From: Malacoraja senta
Lineage: Eukaryota
Direction of reading: 5' to 3'
Assembly: GCA_038087875.1 (NCBI GenBank)
Contig: CM075995.1
Coordinates: forward strand, 8,000,001-8,064,000
DNA: 64,000 nt
Under the pieces are notes generated by a model. The model ran no database searches, was not told the origin of the DNA, and saw only the letters and a program-made list of their open reading frames with translations. Of this stretch, positions 32,914-46,424 are shown one piece after another. The position numbers and the translations under genes were made by a program. The stretch's first letter is position 1; each line of letters starts with the position of its first letter.

Positions 32914-35900
32914 AATAGTAAGATTAAATGAGAACTTACCAGTTTGAAGTTTGATCTTTATTTTATGAGGAGTTACGATGAGCAATTACGTGAAGAAGGC
33001 CGTCAGGCCGCATGCGCGTCAATCTTCAAAGCAGCGGTGTGAAATCACAGATAACAGTTGTTGAACTGAACATAGTAAGATTTAGAGAAGACTAGAACTA
33101 CCAGATGATCTTTATGATACGAGGGTCAGGAGCGGAGGGCACGTAATCGCTCATCGTAACTCCTCATAAAATAAAGATCAAACTTCAAACTGGTAAGTTC
33201 TCGTTTAATCTTACTATTTTACTTCGGAGTCACGTGAGTGACTACGTGAAGATTATAAAGCTCTGTGATTTCATGCCGTGAACACGAGTCCACACAACAT
33301 AACTGCATCAGTTGACCACAGATGATTGAACATTAAAAAAACATTCAGACATGACATAGATTGAAACATGCTGATGTTTTTAAATGTACAAATAATAATA
33401 ATAGTAACCCCTTTCATCCAGGAGGAAACTATAAAACAGAACCTAAAATAGGGTGGCAAATACCCTCGGTCTGGCAATGGGTTAGTTGTCAAATGATGGG
33501 AAAGGTTTGTTCGTTAGACCATCCTGCAGCCGCTAGGATGTGGTCCAGCGGAACGTCCATAACCCTAGCTGCTGATGTGGTTGCAGCCCTGGTGGAGTGA
33601 GATTGAGACTGCCAGTGATCACTCCTGCACAAGCCAGACCCCGTTTTAATCACCTGGAGGTGGTCTGTACTGATACCTTTTTATGAGGTTTTATGTAACT
33701 AACAAACCAAGCTAGTTCAGAGCCTCTAAGGCTCTTGGTGACATTAACAAACTGTTGTAGATGTGTGACACCACACAACCGAAGGTCCATAGGGTATGCC
33801 AACCTCTAGTTTGAAACCTGATGCCCCTGGTCTGCTCTGCTTGCTAAGTCATAACATAAAATGTTATAGTCTACAGATGTAACCATCTTGTCCAGTCATA
33901 GCTTATGCAACGACTGGATCTGTTGCGCTGTAACCAGCACCATGAGCATAACCTCTTTGTAAGTGAGTTTAACCAAGGACAGGGATGTAGTTGGAGCCCA
34001 TTGGCGAAACAGCGTCAGCACAATGTCAACATCCTATATCTCTGAGTCCCTGTGCCTGAGAGATTCTGAGTTGAAGATACGTTTCATAAATCTGGCTATC
34101 AGTGGGTGAGATCCGAAAAGAGTGATGTCCCGATCCCAGCAACAAGTATGACGACAAGGCACTACTGGCACAAACTCTATCCCTCATAAATTTAGTTTAG
34201 AGAGGAATTACAAAAACATGTTATACGTGTCGTGTCATACGTATGTTGGACTGTAAACAGAACACTTCCCACTAATGATATGGGGGATGCACAATTTCTT
34301 GGTACTATCTCTCCAGGCCTCAGTGATCATGACCAACGTACGACCAGACAGTCCGAACCGTAGGCAAGGTCTTCTCAGACTCTGAATCAAAGATTTGATT
34401 CGACCATGCAGTGGATGGTCCTCCAGAGTCACGGGGTGAAGCTTACCTTTTCGGTTTTAGTTTATGGAGGTAAATAACGAGACCTACTTACCAGTGTCTC
34501 TAACTCCAGGTCCCTTACCTTTGCTGGAGTTTCAGCGAAGTTTCATTCGCAGACTCTGTCCACATGTTCGTCATTTCCTTTAGATCACTGATGCTGCGCC
34601 AACTTCTCTTGTAGTGGCTAGTCCGTCCCCGACGGAGCAGCAATTTTAGAGGCAAAGCACACCGCTTCCCCTCATGCGATCGTCGTACATTATGCATTAA
34701 GCATGGGATCCCGGCACATAGTCATATTCGGGTTCCTGTTTGGAGGTAATCCATACTAACCTTTGACACTCTTTTAGGGTGGGAGTAATTGCACCTGAAC
34801 CAGGTGTACCATCCGTATCCTCAAATTGTCTGTGCATGCTTCTGTACCAAGCATGTTTTGCGACACCATCTCCCATAGTCTTTTGGATGGGAGGTAATGC
34901 AAACCTTGAACCAAGGCAGCTGCAGGCATGTGACTTGAACTGCCTGTGTATGCATCCGTGACAGGAGGCATAATATATATGGCTCCATCTTCATCCGTCC
35001 GAATGGGAGGACTTATGCAACCTTAACCAGGAGCTGCGTCGACCATCTTCATCCTTCATACATCCGAATGGGAGGACTTATGCAACCTGACCCAGGAACT
35101 GCCTCAGGCATGTGTGCATGTATTTTAGCACCATCTCCATCACTACGTTCAACCGAGTGGGAAGAATTGCAACCCTGAAACAGGTGTCACTTCAGGCACA
35201 AGTGCACTCTTCTGTAGCACCCTCTACCACTCCTCATTTGAGTGGGAGGAAATTTGCAACCCTGAACCAGGAGCTGCTGCCTGACATGCCTTAGGATGGA
35301 GCGTTCTTTGACTGCGACGAGTCGCAATCTTGACTGACATAGATGCCCAAGACTTGGCACTCATTCTGAGTTGGGGTTGTCAGATTGCTTCCTTCAGCAG
35401 CTGCCAGGACTAGCTGTGCAAATCGATGCTCTGTTGGTATATTCATAACCAAACAGGCTGCACGTGGTAGTGACTCCGAGTCCTGCACCTTTCCGATGCC
35501 AATGCAGTCTACAGGGAAGGATTGGAGCGCCTCTTGCCCCCGTACGCCAGACATAGAGAGAGAAATGCTGGAAAAAAACCTGCCAGTTATTTGTCATGGG
35601 CGAAGATGTTTACATGAATGAAGACGCCCATCCCAGTTAAATCAGAGATTTGATCACTTTATTCATGTGAAAAAAGTCGGCGTCTGGGGGAAGAATCTTC
35701 CATAGTCCCTTTAATGAGCGGAATTACCATGACGCCACCATGTGTGCTCGCACAGGTGACTGATAGGTATTGCTGAACAAGGCTTTCCAAGCCAGGGATC
35801 TATAACGCCATGGCAGGTCCGATTCCATTACACAATTTATTGGTGTAAGTGATAAATAATATAGCTTGTAATTTCTCTCTATTAACATAACTAAATTAGC

Positions 35901-36859
35901 ATGATGATACATATTATGATACCAAGAACAAACTCCTGATCTGATAAATTAGTCAGAGGATACCAGCATAATGGTGCCCACCCTGTATAGCCATACTTTT
36001 AAAAAGAATACACTATTCCTGCTACTGCCATTGGAGGCATACGGGTGTTTATCTTGTAACGTGAGGGGAACTCTGATGAATTGCAGTATGTGCCATGGAC
36101 ATACTTCCGGGGTAGGAGACAGTCACACATTGACCTTTCGTACTCCTCTCCACAGAGAGGGAGATTAGTGAGCAGCCCTGTGCACAGGCGCTGCCATAGG
36201 CCCCCGTGGACCTGCGCTGATATGGTCCACCATATCAGGATGGGTTAAACATCCGTGGACGTACCCTTGTAGTCGGAGGGGAACCCTCCTGGCTGGGCTC
36301 CAGCCCAGGCCTCTCCGACTCCGTATGGTTGCCTACCTTTTGGGCTGCCGAAGTCGGAGTCGCTGACCGCACTGTCAGCGACTCGGGTAGCGAACCCGAC
36401 GGCCACCGGCTACCCGCTCTCCCGTGGTCTGTGCCCGGCATTCCCGTGGACTGTAATATCCCCGCGGCCCGTCCGGATATCGCCCGAATTTAAAAAGCCC
36501 TTGGGAGTCGCTGACCGCACTGTCAGCGACTCAGGCAGCAAACCCGATGGCCACCCGCTACCCGCACTTCCACGGTCCGTAGCCGGCATCCCCGCAGTCC
36601 ATAATAGGTTTCCACGCGGTCCGTCCGGGATTTGCTGCGTATTACTATATCCAACAGGAAAACTCTGCGAAGAGAGATTCCTGCAACAAAAGGACAAACT
36701 GAAAAGTAAGTTTGAAAACTTACCTGTAGGAATTGAAACTTACCGCTGGTGGAGCGACGCGCCGCCAGCCAGTCGTAGCGCAATTCGGTAGACGTAATGA
36801 CGCGCATGCGGGCTGACGGCCTTCTTCACGTAGTCACTCACGTGACTCCGAAGTAAAAT
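32914..36859 (-). mobile_element. DIRS-type tyrosine-recombinase retrotransposon, decayed or non-autonomous
   Basis: Inverted terminal segments (32988-33021 vs 36798-36831). Internal complementary region at 33140-33252 complementary to both termini. YR remnant HSTRAATTSAARVMDVPLDHILAAAGWSNEQTF at ~33500-33599. Confidence 0.92.
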
Positions 36860-37712
36860 GGGCTATTAATGTTCAGAGTTATGACCGTGCCAAGTTTAAT
36901 AGCCTGATGGATGTGGGGAAGCAGCTATTCCTGAACCTGGTCGTTGCAGTCTTCAGGCTCCTGTCATTCTACCTGAAGGTAGCAGGGAGATGAGTGGGTG
37001 GCCAGGATGGTGTGCGTCCTTGATGATACTGACAGCCTTTTTGAGGCAGCGACTGCGATAGATCCCCTCGATGGAAGGGAGGTCAGAGCCGATGATGGAC
37101 TGGGCAGTGTTTACCACTTTTTGTAGTCTTTTCCTCTCCAGGGTGTTCAAGTTGCCGAACCAAGCCACGATGCAAGCAGTCAGCATGTTCTCTACTGTGC
37201 ACCTGTAGAAGTTAGAGAGAGTCCTCCTTGACAAACCGACTCTCCGTAATCTTCTCAGGAAGTAGAGGTGCTGATGTGCTTTCTTAATAATTGCATCAGT
37301 GTTCTCGGACCAGGAAAGATCTTCAGAGATGTGCACGCCCAGGAATTTGAAGCTCTTGACTCTTTCAACCATCGATCGTTGATATAAATGGGACTGTGGG
37401 TCCCCATCCTACTCTTTCCAAAGTCCACAATCAGTTCCTTGGTTTTACTGGTGTTGAGGGCTAGGTTATTGTGCTGGCACCATATGGACAGTTGCTCGAT
37501 CTCTCTTCTATACTCTGACTCATCCCCATCAGTGATACATCCCACAACAGTGGTGTCGTCAGCGAACTTGATGATGGAGTTCGCACTATGACCGGCTACA
37601 CAGTCATGAGTATAGAGTGAGTACAGCAGGGGGCTGAGCACGCAGCCTTGAGGTACTCCCATACTGATTGTTATCGAGTCTGACACATTTCCACCAATAC
37701 GAACAGACTGTG
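36860..37712 (-). mobile_element. Rex1/Babar-type LINE RT fragment; its 3' tail continues at ~32760-32913 beyond the DIRS
   Basis: GVPQGCVLSPLLYSLYTHDC, IIKFADDTTVVG, LNTSKTKELIVDF, FKFLGVHISEDLSW, SLLPSGR. Confidence 0.9.
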
Positions 37713-38199
37713 GCAGGCGTTTCCCCCTGAACCCCCACCGGGGGCGCTGCCCCTGGACCCTGCTGGGGGCCTAGTCAGCATCCTGGACCCCCGGCCAATA
37801 CTTCCTACTTTTTTTCAATGCTTAGTCCACATTGCTTAAAAATGTTGGGACTACTGTATGATAGTCAATACAAAATAATAGTTCAGATAAAAATTAAAAG
37901 GTTATTAAAGTAGCCGTAAACGAAAAAATATTCAAATTAAGGATGTTTCATTCTAAATATATTTAATATAAAATAATTATAAATAATTTAAAACACTATT
38001 AACATTTATGACAGAAATTAAAATTTGTGGTGATCTGTCGTGGAACAACCCCATTGCAGAAGATAACAGTGGTTACCCAGACCTCGGTGCTGGTTGCGAA
38101 GGGGCCCCCATAACAGTTCAAGCTTCAGGGCCCCAAAAATGTAGGTCCACCACTGTACCTGCCTCAAGATAAAAATAATTTTAGCAGCCACAAATTTAT

Positions 38200-38990
38200 C
38201 TTTCCACTTTGGTAGCAAAAACAGGAAGGCAGATTACTATCTAAATGGCGTCAAGTTGGGCAAAGGGGAAGTACAACGGGATCTGGGGGTCCTTGTACAT
38301 CAGTCTATGAAAGTAAGCATGCAGGTACAGCAGGCAGTGAGGAAAGCAAATGGCATGTTGGCCTGTACAACAAGAGGAATCAAATATAGGAGCAAAGAGG
38401 TCCTTCTGCAATTGTACAGAGCCCGAGTGAGACCACACCTGGAGTATTGTGTGCAGTTTTGGTCCCCTAATTTGAGGAAGGACATTCTTGCTATTGAGGG
38501 AGTGCACCATAGGTTTACAAGGTTAATTCCCGGGATGGCGGGACTGTCATATGCTGAGAGAATGGAGCAGCTGGGCTTGTACACTCTGGAGTTTAGAAGG
38601 ATGAGAGGGTATCTCATTGAAACATGTAAGATTGTTAAGGGTTTGGACACGCTAGAGGCAGGAAACATGTTCCTGATGTTGGGGGAGTCCAGAACCAGGG
38701 GCCACAGTTTAAGAATAAGGGGTAAGCCATTTTGGAAGGGAGACGAGGAAACACTTTTTCTCACAGAGAATGGTGAGTCTGTGGAATTCTCTGCCTCAGA
38801 GGGTGGTGGAGGCAGGTTCTCTGGATGCTTTCAAGAGAGAGCTAGATAGGGCTCTTTAAAATAGCGTAGTCAGGGGATATGGGGAGAAGGCAGGAACGGG
38901 GTAGATTGGGGATGATCAGCCATGATCACGTTGAATGGCGGTGCTGGCTCGAAGGGCCAAATGGCCTACTCCTGCACCTATTGTCTATTA
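38200..38990 (+). mobile_element. CR1 3' fragment present only in the inverted paralog block
   Basis: QRDLGVLVHQS...RPHLEYCVQFWSP. Flanked by TTATCTT on both sides. Confidence 0.9.
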
Positions 38991-40656
38991 TCTTGTTGAG
39001 TTAATTGTTGACTGTTGGATTACAGTGAGGCAGACAGAAACCGCTGCTGAGTCCACAGTATCCCAGAGAAATAAAGGGATAGAGAATTCAAATTCCACAG
39101 ACATGTCACTGGAGTTTATATTACTTTAGTTTAGTTTCGAGATACAGTACGGAAACAGGCCCTTAGGCCCACCCAGTCCGCGCCGACCAGCGATCCCCGC
39201 ACACTAACACTATCCCACACACACTAGGGACAATTTACAATTTTTTACCGAAGCCAATTAACCTACTAACCTGTACGTCTTTGGAGTGCGGGAGGAAACC
39301 AGAGCACCCGAAGAAAACTCTCGCAGCTCACAGGGAGAACGTACAAACTCCGTACAGACAGCACGCATGGTCAGGATGGAAGCAGGGTCTCTGGCGCTGT
39401 GAGGCAACAACTCTACTGCTGCGCCACCGTGCAAAGTAAAACCGTGCCATATTGAAGAAAGTTATGTGAGAAACTAAACAACTGTGCCTACAGGGAAATC
39501 AATCAGGGTTTGAGAATTTCAGGCTGGCAATAACAAAGTTATGTGTAGGAAGCAACTGCAGATGCTGGTTTACACCGAAGATAGACACAAAATGCTGCAG
39601 TAACTCAGTGGGACAGGCAGCATCTCTGGAGAGAAGGGTCTTGACCATAAAAGTTACTCATTGCTTCTCTCCAGGGATGCTGCCTGTCCTGCTGAGTTAC
39701 ACCAGCATTTTGTGTCTATCTTTTATTGTGTTCAGTACTGCGTTTACAGACCTGTTATTCTGCTGCAAGAAAGGATTTTATTGTTCTGTGTCCACACATA
39801 TTAAACACTGAAGTTTGACAAAAAAATGCTGGAGTAACTCAGCGGGACAGGCAGCATTTCTGGAGAGAAGAAATGGGTGACTTTTCCAGTCGAGACCCTT
39901 CTTCAGACTGAGTCAGGGAGACAGAGATATGGAAGTGTTTCAGAAAGAACTGCAGATGCTGGAAACATATGATATGGAAGGTGAGGTGTGAAACGAGAGA
40001 TCAAAGGGGACGATATTTAAGGAAAATCATTCACACGCTCTCTATTTTACACAGAGAGTTGTGAGTATGTGGAATTCTCTGCCTCAGAGGGCGGTGCTGG
40101 CCCAAAGGGCCGAATGGCATGGGCCTGCACCTATTGTCTATTATCTATTGTCTATCATTGTTATCTGGGGGAAGGTGACAACGAAGCATACAAAGTCAAA
40201 TTTAGTCAGGAGGACTGTCAGACTGGTCAGAGAACAAGGATGGGGGAGGGATGAATTTGCAATGCAAGGGTTACTTGAAGTCATTCATACTGCTAGGGTG
40301 TAAGCTGCTCAAAGAGAAATATGAGGTGCAGATCCTCCAATTTGCGTTGGGCCTCACTGACATTCTTTGGTGTAAACCAGCATCTGCAGTTCCTTCCTAC
40401 ATAATTCAGCCATATTGGTGTTTTCAACTAATTGCCTCGATATTTATAAAAAATACAGATTTAATTGAATGTATCACGTTGTGTAATCAAATATATTGAA
40501 ATTTAAAATGCAAAGGAAGGTGTCTCTGACTAAAAGGAATGCAAACAGGACCCACTGATTGCAAATAAAAATCTACAAGGGAGAAAACATTGAGACATTG
40601 TGTCTGGAATTTTGAGTAATAATCAATATCAATGTTAACCTCTAAAATTAGAAAGT

Positions 40657-40684
40657 CTGAAGAAGGGTCTCGACCCGAAACATC
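40657..40684 (+). ncRNA. Minimal hammerhead-ribozyme-like motif in a Penelope-derived repeat (one of many)
   Basis: CTGAAGA-A-GGGTC-TC-GACCC-GAAAC-ATC. Cleaner GTC versions on the minus strand at 47995-48022, 55229-55256 and 2556-2583. Confidence 0.6.
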
Positions 40685-40848
40685 ACTCATTCCTTCTCTC
40701 CAGAGATGCTGCCTGTCCCGCTGAGTTACTCCAGCATTTTGTGTCTACCTTCATTTTAATCCAGCGTCTGCAGTTCCTTCCTACACATTTTGTCAACTCC
40801 TGTAACTTCTTTGTACTTTGGCAAAAGTTCAGTTTAAATTCTTTATGA

Positions 40849-43800
40849 TCACACTAATACTTAAAAAAGACAAAGATATAGAAGAACCGGGTTCATATAG
40901 AGCTATAGCATTGTTAAATACAGATCAAAAAATATTAGCGAAAACATTAGCTAGAAGATTAAGTAAATATATTAGTAAACTAATACACCCAGATCAGACG
41001 GGGTTTATCCCCAAGAGATATTCATCTAATAATATGAGACGTCTACTCAATATAATGCACTCACATAAATTTGAAGAACAAGAATTATCAATTATTTCGC
41101 TGGACGCTGAAAAAGCATTTGACCAAGTAGAATGGAATTATATGGATAAAGTATTACAAAAATTCCAACTGGGAGAGAATTTTATTTTATGGATTAAACT
41201 ATTATATAATAAACCTACAGCTAGAATATTAACTAATAACATATTATCCTCGAAATTTCAACTATCAAGGGGAAATAGACAAGGATGCTCATTATCACCA
41301 CAGTTGTTTGCTCTCATAATTGAACCGTTAGCAGAAAAAAATAGAACACATCCACATATCCATGGGTATAATACTAAATATTCAAATAATAAAATATCTT
41401 TATACGCGGATGATATATTATTATACATTACAAAACCTCAAATTACTATACCAAATATATTAAATTTAATTGAGGACTTTGGATCTTTTTCTGGATACAG
41501 AATAAATTGGAATAAAAGTGAAATTATGTCAATAAAACCGAAAGACTCAACACATCTTTTAAAATTCCCTTTTAAAATAGCTACAGAAAAATTTAAATAC
41601 TTGGTCTTGAAATCACTAGAACATATCAAGGCATGTTTATTATTATTTTTTTTAAATTATTTTTATTAGAAGTATGGTAAATTACAGTAATACACACTTA
41701 TATCTTAATACATTTTTTATACCGCTTCATTTTTTGAGCTTTAAGAGAAAGATAGAAGTAAGAAAAGTAAAGAAAGTGCGCAAGAGTCGTGAGGTGCAAG
41801 AGAGTTTTGTGAAAAGAAAGCCCCTTAGAAAAGAAGTTAGAGAAGGAAGTAAAGTAAGAAAGTAGATCCTAGAAAAGAAAGAAAAAGAAAGTAGGAACAA
41901 TCGCAGAAAGGGAACCACCAACCAAGTCTGTTTTTATTGTTTTACCTCCCATTACCAGGTCCTGATACCATTTCTTTATTTCTTTATTTTTTAAATTACT
42001 ATTGCACCTCATGCTTGTAATAGGTCCAAAAAGGTAGACCACGTCTTTTGGAATTGGTCTGCTTTCCCTGCTAAGAGGAATCTCATCTCTTCCAGATGTA
42101 ATGTTTCCAACATATTTGATGTCCACATTTTTATTGTTGGTGTGGGCGCATTTTTCCAGAATTTAAGGATGAGCCTTTTTCCCATTATTAGCCCGTAATT
42201 GAATAAGTTCTTCTGATACACGTTTAATTCAGGGATACCTTCCGAAATTCCAAAAATGATCCATTCTGGTTTTGGTACCAGTTTTATTTTAATTAATTTT
42301 GAGAAAATATCAAATATTTCATACCAGAATTTTTGGATTTTTGTACAAAAAACAAAATAATGCGCTATGGTAGCTTCTTGACATAGACATTTATCATAGA
42401 TTGGTGAAACATTAGAAAGATTTTATTTAATTTAGTTTTTGAATAATATAGTCTATGTAATGTTTTGAATTGGATGAGCGTATGTCGTACGTTGATCGAA
42501 CATTTATGCACGTGTAGTAAGTGGTTATCCCAGCTCTCTTTTGAAATTTTTATAGCTAATTCTTGTTCCCAGTCTCTTCTAATTCCTTCTGTTGTGGGTA
42601 TTTCTATGTTTAAAATGATATTATATAAGTACGATATTAGATTAGCTGATTCCGCCTTTGTCTTCATTGCTTCATCTAGTAAGTCGGGAGGCATATTATG
42701 ATAGTCTTTTGTGTATTTTTTCAGGTAATCATGAATTTGTAGATATTTAAAATATTGATTATTTTTCAGATTATATTTCAGTTGTAGTTGTTGAAATGAT
42801 AGTAATTTTCCCAATTCATACAGATCTTCGAGCGTTTTGATTCCCATTCTTTCCCATTGTATAAATGATTTGTCTATGGTTGAAGGTTTAAACGATGGGT
42901 TATTAACTATTGGTATTGAGAGAGATAGGTTTCTTAATTTTAGATTCTGTTTTATTTGTTTCCATGTTCTAATTGTGCTATTTATAATTGGGTTTTTATT
43001 ATAATTTTTATTATTCAAATTTATTGGAGAGAGAATAATCGCTCCTATATTACTCGGGGAACAGTCCCCTTTTTCCATTATAATCCAGTCCACCTGCTGG
43101 GCAGAATTGTCCAGCAGGTGAATCATATTTTTAATATTTACTGCCCATTTATAATACATAAAGTTAGGGAGCGCGAGACCCCCCAACTCTTTTCGTTTAT
43201 TAAGGTGTGCTCTTTGTATTCTATGGGATTTATAATCCCATATAAAATTTGTAATGTCTGAGTCCAATTTTTTGAAAAACTTTTTTGGGAGATATATAGG
43301 TATTGATTGAAATAGGTATAGGATTTGTGGTAAGAAAATCATTTTTATAGCATTTATTCTGCCTATTAAGGACATCGGAAGTGTTTTCCAGAATTTAATC
43401 ATATTATTTAATTTCTTAAGTAAGGGATTATAATTGGCTTTGAACATATCCTGGTAATTTCTAGTAATTTCAATTCCCAAATATTTGAATTTTTCTGTAG
43501 CTATTTTAAAGGGGAATTTCCTGAGGTGTGTTGAGTCTTTTGGTTTTATCGACATAATTTCACTTTTGTTCCAGTTTATTCTATATCCTGAAAAGGATCC
43601 AAAGTCCTCAATTAAATTTAATATATTTGGTATACTAATTTGTGGTTTTGTGATGTACAATAGTACGTCATCGGCATATAAGGATATTTTGTTATTTGAA
43701 TATTTTGTATTATAACCGTAAATATCCATGTGTGTTCTTATTTTTTCAGCAAGGGGTTCAATTACTAAAGCAAATAACAGCGGTGATAATGAACATCCTT

Positions 43801-45440
43801 GTCTATTGCCCCTTGATAGTTCAAATTTCGAGGATAATATATTATTAGTTAGTATTCTAGCCGTAGGTTTGTTATATAATAGTTTTATCCATGCAATGAA
43901 GTTCTCTCCCAATTGGAATTTTTGCAATACTTTAATCATATAGTCCCATTCTACTTGATCAAACGCTTTTTCTGCCTCCAATGAGATGATAGATAACTCT
44001 TATCAAGACTCAACACATGTTTTAAAATTCCCTTTTAAAATAGCTACAGAAAAATTTAAATACTTGGGAATCGAAATTACTAGAACATATCAAGGCATGT
44101 TTAAAGCAAATTTTCATCCTTTACTTAATAAATTAAATACACTAATTAAATTTTGGAAAACCCTCCCGATGTCTTTAATAGGCCGAATAAATGCAATAAA
44201 AATGATCTTCTTACCACAAATTTTATACCTATTTCAATCGATTCCTATATACCTACCAAAGAAGTTTTTTTTTAAACTGGATTCAGACATTACTAATTTG
44301 ATATGGGACTATAAATCACATAGAATACAAAGAACACACTTGAACAAAGCTAAAGTATTAGGGGGCTTAGCACTCCCTAACTTCATGGATTATTATTGGT
44401 CAGTAAATATTAAAAATATGATTCAACTGATGGACAACTCTGCCCAGCAAGTGGACTAGATTGTAATGGAGAGAGAGGACTGCTCCTCTGGAAACATTGG
44501 AGTGATCCTCCTCTCACCAATGAAACTGAATAACATAAATTATAACAAAAACCCAATTATACATAGTACAATCAGAATTTGGAAACAAATAAAACAAAAT
44601 TTAAAATTAAGAAATCTATCGCTTTTATCTCCAATAGTTAATAACCCTTCGTTTAATCCCTCTATTACAGACAAATCTTTTATACAATGGGATAGACTAG
44701 GAATTAAAATGTTCGGTGACTTGTATGAAACTGGAAAATTACTATCATTCCAACAATTACAAATAAAATATAAACTGGGAAATAATCAATATTTTAAATA
44801 TTTTCAAATATGTGACTATTTGAAAAAATATACAAAAGATCATTATAATAGCCCAGCAGATGTATTGGATGAAGCAATGCAGATAAAAGCTGAATCAGCA
44901 AACTTAATATCATATTTGTATAATATTATCTTAAATGTAGAAATACCATCTACGGAAGGTATTAGAAGAGACTGGGAACAAGAATTAGCTATTAAAATCT
45001 CAAAGGAAAGGTGGAATGAACATTTATTAAACGTGCATAAATGTTCGATTAATGTAAGACACACTTTAATACAATTTAAAATTTTACATAGATTATATTA
45101 TTCCAAAACAAAAATTAATAAAATGTTCCCAAATGTATCATCCATTTGTGATAAATGTCAATCTCAAGAAGCTACTATAGCGCACTCATTTGTTTTCTGT
45201 ACAAAAATTCAAAAATTTTGGATTGAAATTTTTGAAATCTTTACAAAATTATTTAAAATAAAACTGATACCCAAAGCAGAATGGATTATCTTCGGAACAA
45301 CGGAAGATAGTCCAGAACTAAATGTGTTCCAAAAGAAACTAATAGACTATCGGTTAATAACTGGAAAAAAGGTTAATCCTAAAATTCTGGAAAAACGCTC
45401 CAATACCAACTATAAACATGTAGATTTCAAATATGGATTT
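40849..45440 (+). mobile_element. L1 ORF2 fragment (plus strand) split by an antisense L1
   Basis: SYRAIALLNTDQKILAK...YADD (40849-41638), resuming at 44005 to the CCHC region (CDKC...HSFVFC). Ends abruptly at ~45440 without poly-A. Confidence 0.93.
41640..44001 (-). mobile_element. 5'-truncated L1 of the same subfamily as 13184-15609
   Basis: 538-codon ORF2 stretch nearly identical to the 13984-15252 translation, with the same 3' UTR. Confidence 0.95.
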
Positions 45441-45489
45441 CGACTAATCCCCTCACCTCTACGATACCTCACGACGACACCTGACACCT

Positions 45490-45745
45490 AATCCGTGCCT
45501 CGACTAATCGCCGCCTCTCTCCCGCTCGCGCTCAGCGGAACCAACGGCTCCAACCAGGGGGGCGGGGCCGAGCGCGGCGCAGGCGCACTGCCCGAGAGAG
45601 CCGGTTGGGGGGGGCGCATGCGCGCAGTGACGTTGACGTCGAGCCCGAGCCCCGCCCACCCCGCTTGTGGCGGCTGCAGCCCCTCCCCGCGGGAGCGCGA
45701 GCGGGAGGGAGGCGGCCATTAATCGAGGCGGGGATTAGGTGTGAG
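45490..45745. promoter_or_regulatory. CpG-rich promoter-like element, copy A
   Basis: GGGGCGGGGC GC-box, GCGCAGGCGCA and GCGCATGCGC NRF1-like motifs, tandem TGACGT CRE-like motifs, and high CpG density. Confidence 0.6.
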
Positions 45746-46424
45746 GTGGGAGGTTTAGTCGAGACAAGGTTTAGTGAGTTGAGGTTTAAGTGTGAGGTGA
45801 AGTTTAGTCGAGACAAGAGGCGAGGGGTTGAGTCCAGGTGCAAAATCAGATTCATTTCTAGGAAAACAAACAAAATCGGAATTCCGATTTAAATCCGAAG
45901 AATATCTGGACTAAAGTCGCTTCTGGGATTTGGTTCCCTGAAGCTTAAGCTTCATTAGTTTCATAGTAGATCTGCCCCAGGGCAGGTACTATCACAACAT
46001 TCAAGAAACTGTGAGACACGTACATATGGATAGACAAAAATGCTGGAGAAACTCAGCGGGTGAGGCAGCATCTATGGAGCGAAGGAAATAGACAATGTTT
46101 CGAGGGGGAGGTCTCTGACAAAGAGCAATCCAACCAAGACCTCAACGGTGGAACAGGCGGAGGACGATGGCTGACCTTAGTGGAGCGTCACAACGGCTGG
46201 TAAGGCGGATGAAGGCTGCAGCAGAAACGGTTCTCCGGTCGTCTTGGACTCCATACCACTGGATCCTGACCCAGATCCGTCAAGGACCGTGGGGTGGCTG
46301 TCTGTGCACCAGTCTCCCCACGTTAAACAAAGTCACGGACTGGCGTCCTCCAACCCTGGAGACACCCATGGCCATGACCGAGGGGGGCCTAAGAAGAAGA
46401 TGGTCTTACCCTTGTCAACCTTCT

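Larger units (their letters stand above)
38155..40848 (-). repeat. Inverted paralog of ~47830-50140 and ~55065-57385
   Basis: Unique anchors occur reverse-complemented in both direct blocks, e.g. GAGTCCACAGTATCCCAG...ATTCCACAGACATGTCACT and TGCAAAGGAAGGTGTCTCTGACTAAAAGG. Confidence 0.9.
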
